Shown here: positions 20,092-30,300 of the stretch, in pieces | Numbering within the stretch: the stretch's first letter is position 1 | Layout of the letters: every line of letters starts with the position of its first letter | Assembly: GCA_965222605.1 (NCBI GenBank) | Contig: OZ244960.1 | Span: forward strand, 1,760,001 to 1,824,000 | DNA length: 64,000 nt | Direction of reading: 5' to 3' | From: Candidatus Latescibacterota bacterium | GTDB taxonomy: Bacteria > Latescibacterota > UBA2968 | Notes under the pieces: model-generated | What the model was told of the DNA's origin: nothing | Databases searched by the model: none | What the model saw: the letters and a program-made list of their open reading frames with translations, nothing else | Made by a program: the position numbers and the translations under genes

Positions 20092-21543
20092 CTATCCCAA
20101 TTTCTCCCGCAACAATTGACTGGCTTTTTGGGGATTGGCCTGACCTTTTGTGGCTCTCATAAGCTGGCCCATAAAAAACCCCATAAGTCTCTGGTCACCG
20201 CCTTTGAACCGTTCAACCTCGTCGGGATTATCCGCAATAATCTGGTCGATCACGCCATCGAGTTCATCGGTATCGCTAATCTGTACAAGACCCTTTTTCT
20301 CCACAATAGACGATGCACTCTCCCCTGTTTCAACCATATCATCGAAAACCGTTCTGGCAATATTGGTACTGATATCGCCCTTGCCGATCAAACCAATCAA
20401 TTCCGCGAGGCGTTTGGCTGAAACACGCAAATCGCCAATCGCGATCTTCCGATCGTTGAGAACGCGCATCACATCGCCCTGTATCCAATTAGCCGCAAGC
20501 CTGCTCAGCACACCCGCCGCAACAGTGGCTTCAAAATAATCGGCAATGTCTCGATCTGCGGTAAGCACATCGATCTGATCGGCGGAAATATCGTAATTCT
20601 CTGCAAAACGCGCGCGTTTAGCCTCTGGCAATTCTGGAATCTGACTCTGAACGCGCTCGACCCAGGTGTTATCTACAACAAGTGGAACCAGATCGGGATC
20701 GGGGAAATAGCGATAATCGTCCGATTCTTCTTTTGTACGCATAGCGCGCAAAATATTGCGGTCGGGATCATAAAGCATAGTCGCCTGTTCAATCTCACCG
20801 CCGGTTTCAAGCAAGTCAATCTGGCGCTGAATTTCGGATTCAATAGCGCGCTGACAATTGCGAAAAGAATTGACATTTTTGATCTCAACCTTCGTGCCGA
20901 GTCGGGTCTCTCCAACAGGCCGAATAGACACATTCGCATCAATCCGCATATGTCCTTTTTCCATATCGCCTTCAGAAACACCCGTGTACACGAGCAGTTG
21001 ATGCAAGCTCGTGAGATAGTAAAAAACTTCCTCAGAAGTCGAAAGATCTGGCTCACTCACAATTTCGATAAGTGGCACGCCACAGCGATTGACATCCACG
21101 AGGGACTCCCCCGATGCGACAAAGTCTTCCTGGTGGATGCTTTTGCCGGCATCTTCTTCCATGTGGATGCGCGTGAGGCGAATTGTCTTTGTGTCGCCGT
21201 CAGCCGTGGGCACGTCAACACCTCCACCAGTGGCCAGAGGCATTTCTTCATTAGATTGAAACTGCGAGATCTGATACCCCTTGGGCAGATCGGGATAAAA
21301 ATAATTTTTTCGCAAAAAACGACTGCGGGGTTGAATCGTGCAACCTGCGGCCAGCGCAATGCGCATCGCCAGTTCAACAACATTTTGATTGAGCACGGGG
21401 AGCGCGCCAGGCAAGCCCAAACACACCGGACAGACATGGGTATTGGGATCGGCGCCAAATTCGGCACTGCATCCGCAAAAAATTTTGGTAGTGGTTGCAA
21501 GTTGGGCGTGTACTTCCAGACCGATGACAGATTCGTAAGTCAT
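20092..21543 (-). CDS. gatB: Asp/Glu-tRNA(Asn/Gln) amidotransferase subunit B
   Basis: '[10 protein letters not shown]', '[17 protein letters not shown]', 'HMEEDAGKS', '[10 protein letters not shown]'. Confidence 0.98.
   Translation of the reverse strand: MTYESVIGLEVHAQLATTTKIFCGCSAEFGADPNTHVCPVCLGLPGALPVLNQNVVELAMRIALAAGCTIQPRSRFLRKNYFYPDLPKGYQISQFQSNEEMPLATGGGVDVPTADGDTKTIRLTRIHMEEDAGKSIHQEDFVASGESLVDVNRCGVPLIEIVSEPDLSTSEEVFYYLTSLHQLLVYTGVSEGDMEKGHMRIDANVSIRPVGETRLGTKVEIKNVNSFRNCQRAIESEIQRQIDLLETGGEIEQATMLYDPDRNILRAMRTKEESDDYRYFPDPDLVPLVVDNTWVERVQSQIPELPEAKRARFAENYDISADQIDVLTADRDIADYFEATVAAGVLSRLAANWIQGDVMRVLNDRKIAIGDLRVSAKRLAELIGLIGKGDISTNIARTVFDDMVETGESASSIVEKKGLVQISDTDELDGVIDQIIADNPDEVERFKGGDQRLMGFFMGQLMRATKGQANPQKASQLLREKLG
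20098..20150. repeat. Copy 2 of the 53-bp direct repeat, inside the gatB 3' end; right island boundary
   Basis: Matches 9908-9960 with 2 mismatches. Confidence 0.95.
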
Positions 21544-22997
21544 AACGCCAATTCTCTTTCAACAACCGCAGCCGCGCTCAAAATGGTTTCTTCGGCAAAG
21601 GCATCGCCGAGCAATTGCAAGCCCACGGGCAAGCCCTCGGTCGATGTCCCACAAGGCACTGAAATGCCGGGAATACCAGCGAGATTAACGGAAACAGTAT
21701 AAATATCGGAGAGATACATCTGAAGCGGATCGTCGAGTTTTTCACCCAGCTTAAATGCCGGGGTAGGCGATACGGGCGAAGCGAGGATATCGCAGGATTC
21801 AAACGCGCGGTCAAAATCCCGACGAATAAGCGTACGCACCTGTTGCGCTTTGCGGTAATACGCATCGTAATAACCCGCACTCAGCGCATAGGTCCCCAGC
21901 ATAATTCGACGCTTGACTTCCGCGCCAAATCCCTTGCTGCGCGTTTGAACATACATGTCGATCAGGCTTTTCGCCTCATCGCGGAAGCCGTATTTCACCC
22001 CATCATAACGCGACAGATTCGACGATGCTTCAGCCGTAGCAATAATATAATATGCGGCAATTGCAAAGGCGGGATGTCCGGCAGTTGGCAGCGAAACTTC
22101 GCGAATAGACGCGCCATTTTTTTCCAGAACTTCAATCCCTTGCATAACGGCATTGCGAACGTCGGATTGGAGACCCGCGCCAAAAAATTCTGTCGGCAAG
22201 CCAATGGTGAGGCCATCAACGCCTCTTTGACAAGCCAAAAGACAATCGGGTACCGGCACATGGGCAGAGGTAGAATCGCGGGGATCGTGCCCGGCAATAA
22301 CACCGAGCAGAATGGCCGTATCTTCGACAGTACGCGCAAATGGGCCAATTTGGTCGAGCGAAGAGGCATAGGCGATCAAGCCATAACGAGAAACGCGACC
22401 ATAAGTGGGTTTAAGGCCCACCACACCGCAGAAAGATGCGGGCAAACGAACAGAACCCCCTGTGTCAGATCCCAGGGTCATAAGGGCCTGACCGGCAGCG
22501 ATAGCCGCAGCAGAACCACCGCTGGATCCGCCTGTCACGCGGGTTTGATCGCGTGGATTTTTGACCGCACCAAAATGGGAATTTTCGCTGGAAGAGCCCA
22601 TGGCAAACTCATCCATATTGAGTTTGCCCAGGATAATTGCATCGGCTTGACGCAGGCGGGTAACAACGGTTGCATCATAAGGCGGGATGAAATTGTCGAG
22701 AATCTTTGAAGCGCAGGTCGTGCGTAGCCCTTTGGTACACAACACATCTTTCAGCGCAATCGGGACGCCGACAAGGGGGCCAAGGGCTTGGCCCGTCGCT
22801 ACCTTTTGATCGACGGCATCCGCTGCTTCGAGTGCACCTGCTTCATCAATGGTGATGAAGGCATTGATATCGGGATTTGTATTTTGGATATGCGCGAGAG
22901 TCTTTTCCGTTATTTCGCGGGCCGTGTGCTTTCCCCTGCGAATGTCGTGTACAAGCCCCCGCGCTGTTTGGGCGAAAAAAACAGAATCGTCAGCCAC
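21540..22997 (-). CDS. gatA: Asp/Glu-tRNA amidotransferase subunit A
   Basis: Amidase signature '[13 protein letters not shown]', '[10 protein letters not shown]', 'GSDTGGSVR', '[22 protein letters not shown]'. Confidence 0.98.
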   Translation of the reverse strand: MADDSVFFAQTARGLVHDIRRGKHTAREITEKTLAHIQNTNPDINAFITIDEAGALEAADAVDQKVATGQALGPLVGVPIALKDVLCTKGLRTTCASKILDNFIPPYDATVVTRLRQADAIILGKLNMDEFAMGSSSENSHFGAVKNPRDQTRVTGGSSGGSAAAIAAGQALMTLGSDTGGSVRLPASFCGVVGLKPTYGRVSRYGLIAYASSLDQIGPFARTVEDTAILLGVIAGHDPRDSTSAHVPVPDCLLACQRGVDGLTIGLPTEFFGAGLQSDVRNAVMQGIEVLEKNGASIREVSLPTAGHPAFAIAAYYIIATAEASSNLSRYDGVKYGFRDEAKSLIDMYVQTRSKGFGAEVKRRIMLGTYALSAGYYDAYYRKAQQVRTLIRRDFDRAFESCDILASPVSPTPAFKLGEKLDDPLQMYLSDIYTVSVNLAGIPGISVPCGTSTEGLPVGLQLLGDAFAEETILSAAAVVERELAL

Positions 22998-23009
22998 CCT
23001 ACCTCCAGA

Positions 23010-23255
23010 TCACGATTTTGTTTCTGTACCCGATGTGGTCTGTGTCGTCTGTGTCGTCTGTGTGGGTTGTGGTTCGGGGGGCGGAGCAGTATTGACGTTA
23101 TTTTCTATTTCAGTCTGAACGTCCTTTACCCCGCGCTTAAATTCGGTAATGCCCTTGCCGAGGGACTGGGCAATTTCGGGAATGCGTTTTGCACCAAACA
23201 CCAGCAGGACAACGACCAAAATCAATATGATTTCCCACGGTCCCATGCCAAACAT
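23010..23255 (-). CDS. tatA: Twin-arginine translocase TatA/E
   Basis: 'MFGMGPWEIILILVVVLLVFGAKRIPEIAQSLGKGITEFK'. Confidence 0.96.
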   Translation of the reverse strand: MFGMGPWEIILILVVVLLVFGAKRIPEIAQSLGKGITEFKRGVKDVQTEIENNVNTAPPPEPQPTQTTQTTQTTSGTETKS

Positions 23256-23276
23256 GTCACACCTCCTGAAATAAAC

Positions 23277-23555
23277 TCAATAGGAATACTTGACGTAGTA
23301 CCAGGCTAGCCCAATACCGAGAAAGCTCAACACATTGAAGTCGAGCGAAAAACCCAATGTAAGGGTCATAATGATCAAGTTGATCTCAATGGGATTGAGC
23401 TTGTAAACATAAGAATCAATAAGCACTTTTTCGACCACATTATTTTCCAGGCTAAGGCCGTTAAAAATAATAGCCAGAACCTGACCAACTACGTTGCCGG
23501 CAAGAATGCCGATCAAGATCGCAACAATGAGAATCCCCAGACTTTTTCGACCCAT
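23277..23555 (-). CDS. DUF4321-family small membrane protein
   Basis: N-terminal TM 'LIGILAGNVVGQVL' and C-terminal 'INLIIMTLTLGFSLDFNVLSFLGI'. Confidence 0.75.
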   Translation of the reverse strand: MGRKSLGILIVAILIGILAGNVVGQVLAIIFNGLSLENNVVEKVLIDSYVYKLNPIEINLIIMTLTLGFSLDFNVLSFLGIGLAWYYVKYSY

Positions 23556-23589
23556 AAACCGCGCTTTCAAAATAAAACAGGATGAACTC

Positions 23590-24321
23590 TTAGTCCCTCA
23601 CATCTGCCACTTCGCGGTCTGTGATGGTGTAATACAACCATCTGAACAGGCCAGATAGGGAAACGGCGAGTGCCATGGGAAAGAATACTTCATAAGTATA
23701 AAAAAACATGAGCACAATAACACATAGCAGAAAAATCAAGCGGACGCGACCGCGCCTGGTTTCAATAGATAACCTCGAAAACGCACTGTATTCGACTGTG
23801 CTGATCATGAGAAATGAGAGTATAACACACAGGCCGATAGCAAGATGAGGTGCGTGTGTGCTACTCTGCCACACACGTTCTGTAAAAAGAATATATGCGG
23901 CCAGGGTACCCGCTGCCGTTGGAATCGGGAGGCCAGAAAAATTTTCTTTGTCAAATCCCTTTAATTGTGTATTGAAACGCGCCAGCCTAAGCGCACCACA
24001 CAACAAAAATAAAAAACAAACGACAAAAGGCAACCAGCGAATAACCAGCAAGGTATCGAGATAGTACAACATGAGCAGCGCCGGAGCCACGCCAAAAGAG
24101 CAGACATCGACAATGGAGTCAAATTGGACGCCAAAGTTGCTGGACGTATGAAAGTATCGCGCAATTTTTCCGTCACACGCATCGAGAAATCCCGCAATAA
24201 CGATGAGAAGGGCTGCACCGATAAAACGCCCATTCACAGCATAGTACATAGATAAAAAGCCACAAAACAAACTGCTAATGGTAAACAGGCTGGGCAGGGC
24301 TGCTTTGGCATTCATTAACAT
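23590..24321 (-). CDS. pssA: CDP-diacylglycerol--serine O-phosphatidyltransferase
   Basis: 'LDACDGKIAR....SNFGVQFDSIVDVCSFGVAP', 'ALRLARFN', 'FSGLPIP'. Confidence 0.92.
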   Translation of the reverse strand: MLMNAKAALPSLFTISSLFCGFLSMYYAVNGRFIGAALLIVIAGFLDACDGKIARYFHTSSNFGVQFDSIVDVCSFGVAPALLMLYYLDTLLVIRWLPFVVCFLFLLCGALRLARFNTQLKGFDKENFSGLPIPTAAGTLAAYILFTERVWQSSTHAPHLAIGLCVILSFLMISTVEYSAFSRLSIETRRGRVRLIFLLCVIVLMFFYTYEVFFPMALAVSLSGLFRWLYYTITDREVADVRD

Positions 24322-24336
24322 AGCTCCAATCGAGGA

Positions 24337-25470
24337 TTACTCATTGCGCGGGTCGGCTTCTAAGACGAGTTGGGCATCAAATACGCGGCCTTGACCGCGC
24401 AAAATCTTGCGCAAAATCTTGAGAATAAATGTATCGCCAACAGCCGCGTGCCGAAAAGCATCTACGACATCATCGGCACTACTGGTATTTTTGTTATTGA
24501 CCATCACAATCACATCGCCGGGCAACAATCCAGCACTTTCGCCCGGGCTGAGGGGATCGACGACGGTGATCAAAGCACCTTTAATTGTCAAAACCCCAAG
24601 GGTGCGAGCAATGTGCTTGTTGAGGTTGTGAATATCCAGCCCGGTCCAGAACTCGCGGCTACCCTGGTCAATGAGCTGGCCGGCCACCTGGATTGCGCGA
24701 TCAATGGGCACTGCAAAACCGATACCCAACGATCCGCCCTGTGAAAAAATAAACGAATTAACACCTATAACTCGGCCGAGGCTGTTCACCAGAGGACCGC
24801 CGCTGTTGCCCGGGTTAATTGAAGCATCCGTTTGAATCATACCTTTGTACGCGCGTTCGTTTTGCTCTGGGCGAACAATGCGATCTACTGCACTAATGAC
24901 ACCAACCGTAACGGTGGGGTTGAGATCTTCAAAGTGCAAGCCAAAAGGATTTCCAAGCGCGATTGCCCATTCGCCAATAATGACACTTTCGGATGTCCCA
25001 ATCTCGGGAACATAGAGACTATCGGCATCGATCTGCACAACTGCGAGATCCCATTGACGATCTATAAAAACGTCGAGAACATCAAAACCACGACCGTCGG
25101 GAAAAATTACAAAAATTTCCTTAGCACCATCGACAACATGGCTGCTGGTCAGGATATAACCATCGGTCTGGATCACGAACCCCGAGCCGATTCCGGGAAT
25201 GCGCTGCTTGTCGGAAAAGTGTTCAAGGGGTTCAAAAAAGCGATCGGGATATCGGGGATAATCCCGATCATAAACCGTATTGATACTAACGACTGCTGGC
25301 GCCACATTTTCAATTGCTCGAACAATGGCATTTCGGCGCGAAGTCTCAATACTTGTACTCACTGCGCTCGTGTTGGACGAAGACCGATTGAGCAGGGGAA
25401 ATAATGCCAGACCAATGCACAGGCCCAATAACAAAATCAGCAGGGGGTGCTTCACGGCACTCATCCTCAC
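24337..25470 (-). CDS. HtrA/DegP-family serine protease with one PDZ domain
   Basis: 'GSGFVI...GYILTSSHVV', 'IQTDASINPGNSGGPL'. Confidence 0.94.
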   Translation of the reverse strand: MRMSAVKHPLLILLLGLCIGLALFPLLNRSSSNTSAVSTSIETSRRNAIVRAIENVAPAVVSINTVYDRDYPRYPDRFFEPLEHFSDKQRIPGIGSGFVIQTDGYILTSSHVVDGAKEIFVIFPDGRGFDVLDVFIDRQWDLAVVQIDADSLYVPEIGTSESVIIGEWAIALGNPFGLHFEDLNPTVTVGVISAVDRIVRPEQNERAYKGMIQTDASINPGNSGGPLVNSLGRVIGVNSFIFSQGGSLGIGFAVPIDRAIQVAGQLIDQGSREFWTGLDIHNLNKHIARTLGVLTIKGALITVVDPLSPGESAGLLPGDVIVMVNNKNTSSADDVVDAFRHAAVGDTFILKILRKILRGQGRVFDAQLVLEADPRNE

Positions 25471-26207
25471 GGGAGTTCATCGTCGTAAATCACCCTTTCG
25501 AGAAACAAGCCCTGGGCAGGAGCGGATTCTCCGGCACTTTGGCGGTTACGAGCACCGAGAATATCGTGCATAGATTCGGCTGACCGCGCCCCTCGACCCA
25601 TTTCTACGAGGGTGCCAACGATACTGCGCACCATTGCGCGTAAAAAACGATTACCGGAAATATGAAATATGAGTCCGTCGCCCTGCCGTTGCCAATCGCA
25701 GGTATAGACCTGACAGACTCGATTTTCTTTTTCATAGGCCGCCACACAAAAAGACGTGAAGTCGTGCCGACCAATGAGAATTTTGCTCGCCCGTTCTATC
25801 ACATTCAGATCGAGTTCACTACGCATATACCACGCATAGTGCCGGCCGATGGGCTGTTTGTTATGCCGGATGCAATAAAAATAATAACGGCGCTGGGCAT
25901 CGAAACGCGCGTGAAAGTCAAGGCCGACATAATCGGCACTTTTGACAGCGACATCGGGTGGTAACATGCCATTGAGTGCATGCTGCAAGCGATCGAGCGG
26001 AATATCGCGTGTAGGCGTGAAATTGACGACCTGCCCGAGTGCGTGAACGCCGGCATCCGTGCGGCCAGATGCCGTAACCGAGATCGGTGCACCATAGAGC
26101 TGCTCAAGGCGTGCCTGAAGTTCGCCCTGGACCGTGCGCTGGTCGGGCTGAACTTGCCAGCCCTTAAAGTCGGTTCCATCGTATTCGAGCGTCAGGCGAA
26201 TCTGCAT
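25467..26207 (-). CDS. truA: tRNA pseudouridine(38-40) synthase
   Basis: 'EYDGTDFKGWQVQP', 'SGRTDAGVHA', 'FHARFDA', 'FLRAMVRSIVG'. Confidence 0.97.
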   Translation of the reverse strand: MQIRLTLEYDGTDFKGWQVQPDQRTVQGELQARLEQLYGAPISVTASGRTDAGVHALGQVVNFTPTRDIPLDRLQHALNGMLPPDVAVKSADYVGLDFHARFDAQRRYYFYCIRHNKQPIGRHYAWYMRSELDLNVIERASKILIGRHDFTSFCVAAYEKENRVCQVYTCDWQRQGDGLIFHISGNRFLRAMVRSIVGTLVEMGRGARSAESMHDILGARNRQSAGESAPAQGLFLERVIYDDELP

Positions 26208-26427
26208 GATAACGGCCCGCACCAAACGCGAAGAGAGAACGATCCTAACATCCACAAAAAGCATACAGTTTTGCAAATATACCATCTCACATGGGGAAAG
26301 TCAATGACGAAAAGGGAGAACATTTTTTTCAGACATGTGAACAGTTTTTTCCTCAAATGGCGAAATAAGCCTGCCATGAGAGACGGCACGAAAATTGCCA
26401 CAATATGGGTTCGAGAAAGGATAAAAC

Positions 26428-28821
26428 ATGAGAAGACCCGCATTGTGGACTGCGCTGTACCTTGCTTTGGGAATCGGTTTACACAGATATGTTGGAATGT
26501 CTCCAGTACCCACCATGCTCTGCGCCTTTGCGGTTATTTGTCTTTGCGGCGTGGGGCTGTGGTGGCAATGGAATAAAGGGAAGATGAGCATCCTTTTCGC
26601 GGTCCTTATCGTTTTGCTGGGTGCATTGAACGGCGTGCAAAGTCTGGAACGCGCTGTAGATCACTTTGCCCAGTTCTTACCTACAGACCGCACACCTGTC
26701 GAAGTCGAGGGATTGGTCTCATCGGACCCCGAACGCATTGACGGCGATTATCGCATCGTCTTTGACGTACTTCAACTCGTCGTCAAAGACACGTCACGCG
26801 CGGTAAGTGGCAGGGCGCTGATCAGGTTTAAGGCGGGTACCGCATTGCCCGCCTACAGGGACCGAATGCAATTGCAGATGCAACTTTATCAACCGGATCC
26901 CCCGCGAAATCCGGGCGCATTTGATTACCGTGAATTTTTGAAGCGAAGGGGCATTGATGCTTTGGGCACGGTGCAAAAGCGCGCTCAGATTATTGCACAT
27001 CGACAAGAAAAAGACGACTGGTGGGCGCAGATCGTATTACCCGTCAGAAATCTCATTCGTCGGGCAATCGAGCAAAATCTTTCCGGCGGGCCTGCTGGCC
27101 TCTTAAAAGGGGTGCTTTTGGGTGCAAAGCATGCGGTGCCCGAAGAAGTTAAAACCACTTTCGCGCAAACGGGTATCAACCACGTCTTAGCAGTGTCTGG
27201 ACTTCACGTGGGATTGATTGCTGGGGCTGTATTTTTTATGCTGAAGATACTGGGGATCGGACGAGGTATCACTGCCGCATTGACGATCTGTGCGCTGGTA
27301 TTTTACGCGCTGATAACCGGGTTGCCCCCCTCGGTCGTACGCGCTTCGACAATGGGATGCGTAGCACTTTTGGGTATGGTGGGGCAACGCGATATAGACG
27401 GTGGAAATATCCTGGGCATAGCGGGTTTGGGGTTGTTGATCGCTCGACCACAAGACTTGTTCGATGTGGGTTTTCAACTATCATTTGTAGCCACGGGCGG
27501 CATTTTGATTTTTTATCGACCATTGCGTGATCTCTTACCTGAAAAAGAGGGATGGTACAATACCTGTGTCGCAGGGCCGCTGGCGGTTTCTATCGCCGCT
27601 CAGGCAACGACTCTTCCCTTTATTGTGGGATATTTTGGTCTGGTATCGGTTATTGGCTTAATTGCAAATTTGATTGTCGTGCCGCTCATAGGCATAGGCG
27701 TTGGACTGGGACTCCTGACCGTGTTGGCTTTCGCCTGTTGGGAACCCATGGCGACGATATTAAACGCCGCGAATTGGCTAATTTTGAGCGGATCAATCAA
27801 ATGTGCGGAATTTATGGCCGAGCCAGAGTGGGCTGCCTTTGAAGTTGCGCGTCCTTCCTGGGTTATCTTTGCTATTTATCTGGTCCTGATTCCTCTGATT
27901 CACCCTACTGCCAGACGGCGTTGGGGTACTTATTGTGTCATAATCGCCCTTGTTCTGGCAAATATCGGGGTTTGGAAAAATATCTTGCGAACAGAGTCAG
28001 CCCTTAAAGTCTATTTCCTCGATGTCGGTCAGGGCGATGCTGTTTTTTTTAAATATCCGAATGGGCTAACACTTTTGGTCGATGGTGGCATTCGCACGCA
28101 ATACACCGACATGGGAGCGCGCGTGATTCTGCCATTTCTCAAAAGTCAGAGTATTGATCATATCGATGTCGTGGTGGGATCTCACCCGCATGCCGATCAT
28201 ATTGGTGGCCTGATATCCGTTTTGGGACAAATGTCGGTAGGTCATTATCTCGATGCAGGACAGCATGTCGATTCTTTTTCCGGCAAAAGGCTGCAAAAGA
28301 TCGTAAAGGCAAAAGGCATCAGATATCATACTGTGGCTGCAGGAGATAGTCTGGTGGGTATTGGCGGTCTGGTGCTACATCCAACATCGGCTTATGTTTC
28401 CGACTTGGGACCAGCACCTGATGGCTTGAATAATGGTTCGGTCGTCATTCGAATCGTCCATCAAGAGATAGCGATACTGTTGACTGGAGACATAGAACAC
28501 GAGACAGATGGCGATCTGATGCGCTGGGGCCATCGCCTGCGCTCAGACATCCTCAAAGCAGCGCATCACGGCTCGCGCACTTCCTCGACACCCGAGTTTC
28601 TCGCGGGTGTCACGCCCAGCATTGTGGCCATATCGTGCGGAAAAAACAATAAGTTCCGGCATCCTTCGCCAGAAGTTGTACAGCGCTTTCGCGATATGGG
28701 GATACAAATTTGGCGAACCGATCATTCGGGTGCAATCGCAGTGAGAATAGATCGCGGACACATCGATATCGTGCCGTGGATCAAAAATGATAAACCTGAG
28801 GCATTGTTAAACGGAAATTAA
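26428..28821 (+). CDS. comEC: DNA-uptake channel ComEC/Rec2
   Basis: 'RNPGAFDY', 'HVLAVSGLHVG', 'GFQLSF', MBL domain 'LDVGQGDA', 'SHPHADHIGG', 'HHGSRTSS'. Confidence 0.96.
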   Translation: MRRPALWTALYLALGIGLHRYVGMSPVPTMLCAFAVICLCGVGLWWQWNKGKMSILFAVLIVLLGALNGVQSLERAVDHFAQFLPTDRTPVEVEGLVSSDPERIDGDYRIVFDVLQLVVKDTSRAVSGRALIRFKAGTALPAYRDRMQLQMQLYQPDPPRNPGAFDYREFLKRRGIDALGTVQKRAQIIAHRQEKDDWWAQIVLPVRNLIRRAIEQNLSGGPAGLLKGVLLGAKHAVPEEVKTTFAQTGINHVLAVSGLHVGLIAGAVFFMLKILGIGRGITAALTICALVFYALITGLPPSVVRASTMGCVALLGMVGQRDIDGGNILGIAGLGLLIARPQDLFDVGFQLSFVATGGILIFYRPLRDLLPEKEGWYNTCVAGPLAVSIAAQATTLPFIVGYFGLVSVIGLIANLIVVPLIGIGVGLGLLTVLAFACWEPMATILNAANWLILSGSIKCAEFMAEPEWAAFEVARPSWVIFAIYLVLIPLIHPTARRRWGTYCVIIALVLANIGVWKNILRTESALKVYFLDVGQGDAVFFKYPNGLTLLVDGGIRTQYTDMGARVILPFLKSQSIDHIDVVVGSHPHADHIGGLISVLGQMSVGHYLDAGQHVDSFSGKRLQKIVKAKGIRYHTVAAGDSLVGIGGLVLHPTSAYVSDLGPAPDGLNNGSVVIRIVHQEIAILLTGDIEHETDGDLMRWGHRLRSDILKAAHHGSRTSSTPEFLAGVTPSIVAISCGKNNKFRHPSPEVVQRFRDMGIQIWRTDHSGAIAVRIDRGHIDIVPWIKNDKPEALLNGN

Positions 28822-28855
28822 AGAATAACGCGATGTGTATTTAATCCCCGCGCAC

Positions 28856-28890
28856 AAAAAAAAGCGATCCATATAGGACCGCTTTTTTTT
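28856..28890. terminator. Bidirectional intrinsic terminator
   Basis: A8-GCGATCC-ATATA-GGACCGC-T8 between convergent comEC and accA. Confidence 0.8.
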
Positions 28891-29318
28891 GTAGTGGATG
28901 AAGGCGTCTTTTCCATCAGCCTCCGCATATTGGGATGCATTGAAACAGGGATGCAATTTCCTTATTTTTTCGGCCATTACTATAGTATTATCTCCCCCGG
29001 TAATACCATAGTTTAACCGTTAAAGGCCAACCCTAATTCCTCCTGGACCAATTCAGGGCTTGAAGGTTAGAGCAACCCTCATCCACCAAAATATAAATAC
29101 CCATAACCATATTAAAAATATGGAGATATGAGAAAAATTTCTTTCGAATCACAAATAGAATATATACAGTGAAAGTCCGCGCGTCAACTACTAAATTGAC
29201 CTTTAATGTCGGTTTTTTTTGGGTGATTGAAATAAGGTCTTGAAACTTAAGAACATTGCTATCTAAAAAAAAATTGCGGGTTTTCTGCACGGATATGCAG
29301 GCTGGATGTACGATCCCG

Positions 29319-30287
29319 CTATTTATGAGATTCTTCCCAAATCCCCATTCGATTGAATTTTTCAACCCGTAATTTTGAAAGATTTTCAGCGGGTATTTTA
29401 ACAATCTCTGCAAGAGCGTCTGAAACGGATTTTTTGAGATTTTGCGCGGCCAGATCAAAGTTGCGATGTGCCCCCCCATAAGGCTCTGGCACAATGCAGT
29501 CAATAACACCGAGGTCCAGGAGATCATCGGCCGAAATTTTCATGGCTTCTGCGGCTTCTGTGCGTTTGTCGCGGTTGCGCCAGAGAATGAGCGAACAGGA
29601 TTCGGGATTGATCACGGAGTACCAGGCATTTTCGAGCATGAGTATTTGGTCGCCTACCCCAATGCCAAGTGCCCCTCCGCTCGCGCCTTCACCGATAATT
29701 GCAACGACAATGGGAACGGGTAGCCGTGCCATCTCAAAAAGGTTGCGAGCAATGGCTTCTGATATGCTTCGCTGTTCCGAGGCCAGGCCGGGAAACGCGC
29801 CCGGCGTATCGATCATACAAAGCACGGGCCGACCAAATTTGGCAGCCAATTGCATCAACCTCAGGGCTTTGCGATATCCTTCCGGATGTGGAAGGCCAAA
29901 ATTGCGCTTGAGATTCTCGCTTGTATTGCGCCCTTTTTGTTGCCCGATAACGAAGATGGGTTGGTCTTCAAAATACGCCAACCCCCCGATAATCGCCTGA
30001 TCATTCCCACTACAGCGATCGCCGTGCAGTTCGATAAAATCAGAAGTTATACGGTCGATATAGTCCAGTGAATATGGTCGCTGAGGGTGGCGCGATAGCT
30101 GGTATTTTTGCCACCGCGTGAGATTGCGAAAAATATCGCGTTCGAGTTTCGCGCTGCGTTTCTCGAGAACTTTGATTGCGTCAGTCACATCCAGACCTTC
30201 TGCTTTGGCCCGTTCCCGAAGCGCGGCGATTTTCTTCTCTAACTCGGCCAGTGGCTGTTCAAAGTCGAGATAAGATCGGTCGCTCAT
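29319..30287 (-). CDS. accA: Acetyl-CoA carboxylase carboxyltransferase alpha
   Basis: 'YLDFEQPL', 'ELHGDR', 'PEGYRKALR', 'IDTPGAFPG', 'GEGASGGALG'. Confidence 0.97.
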   Translation of the reverse strand: MSDRSYLDFEQPLAELEKKIAALRERAKAEGLDVTDAIKVLEKRSAKLERDIFRNLTRWQKYQLSRHPQRPYSLDYIDRITSDFIELHGDRCSGNDQAIIGGLAYFEDQPIFVIGQQKGRNTSENLKRNFGLPHPEGYRKALRLMQLAAKFGRPVLCMIDTPGAFPGLASEQRSISEAIARNLFEMARLPVPIVVAIIGEGASGGALGIGVGDQILMLENAWYSVINPESCSLILWRNRDKRTEAAEAMKISADDLLDLGVIDCIVPEPYGGAHRNFDLAAQNLKKSVSDALAEIVKIPAENLSKLRVEKFNRMGIWEESHK

Positions 30288-30300
30288 AAATGATCGTCCT

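Larger units (their letters stand above)
9908..20150. mobile_element. Defence island at the gatB 3' end (no integrase seen)
   Basis: Flanked by the 53-bp direct repeat. Cargo is R-M, TA and Abi-like genes and IS elements; several genes are visibly AT-rich. Confidence 0.8.

Noticed and set aside
23034-23063. 9-bp tandem repeat in the tatA tail (TQT repeats)
   Set aside because: Low-complexity disordered tail; in frame and common in TatA.
21540-23255. gatC missing; tatA directly precedes gatA
   Set aside because: gatC is often encoded elsewhere; nothing here suggests loss.
29033-29527. 164-aa ORF overlapping the accA 3' end
   Set aside because: Alternative frame of accA running into AT-rich intergenic DNA; no motif or SD.
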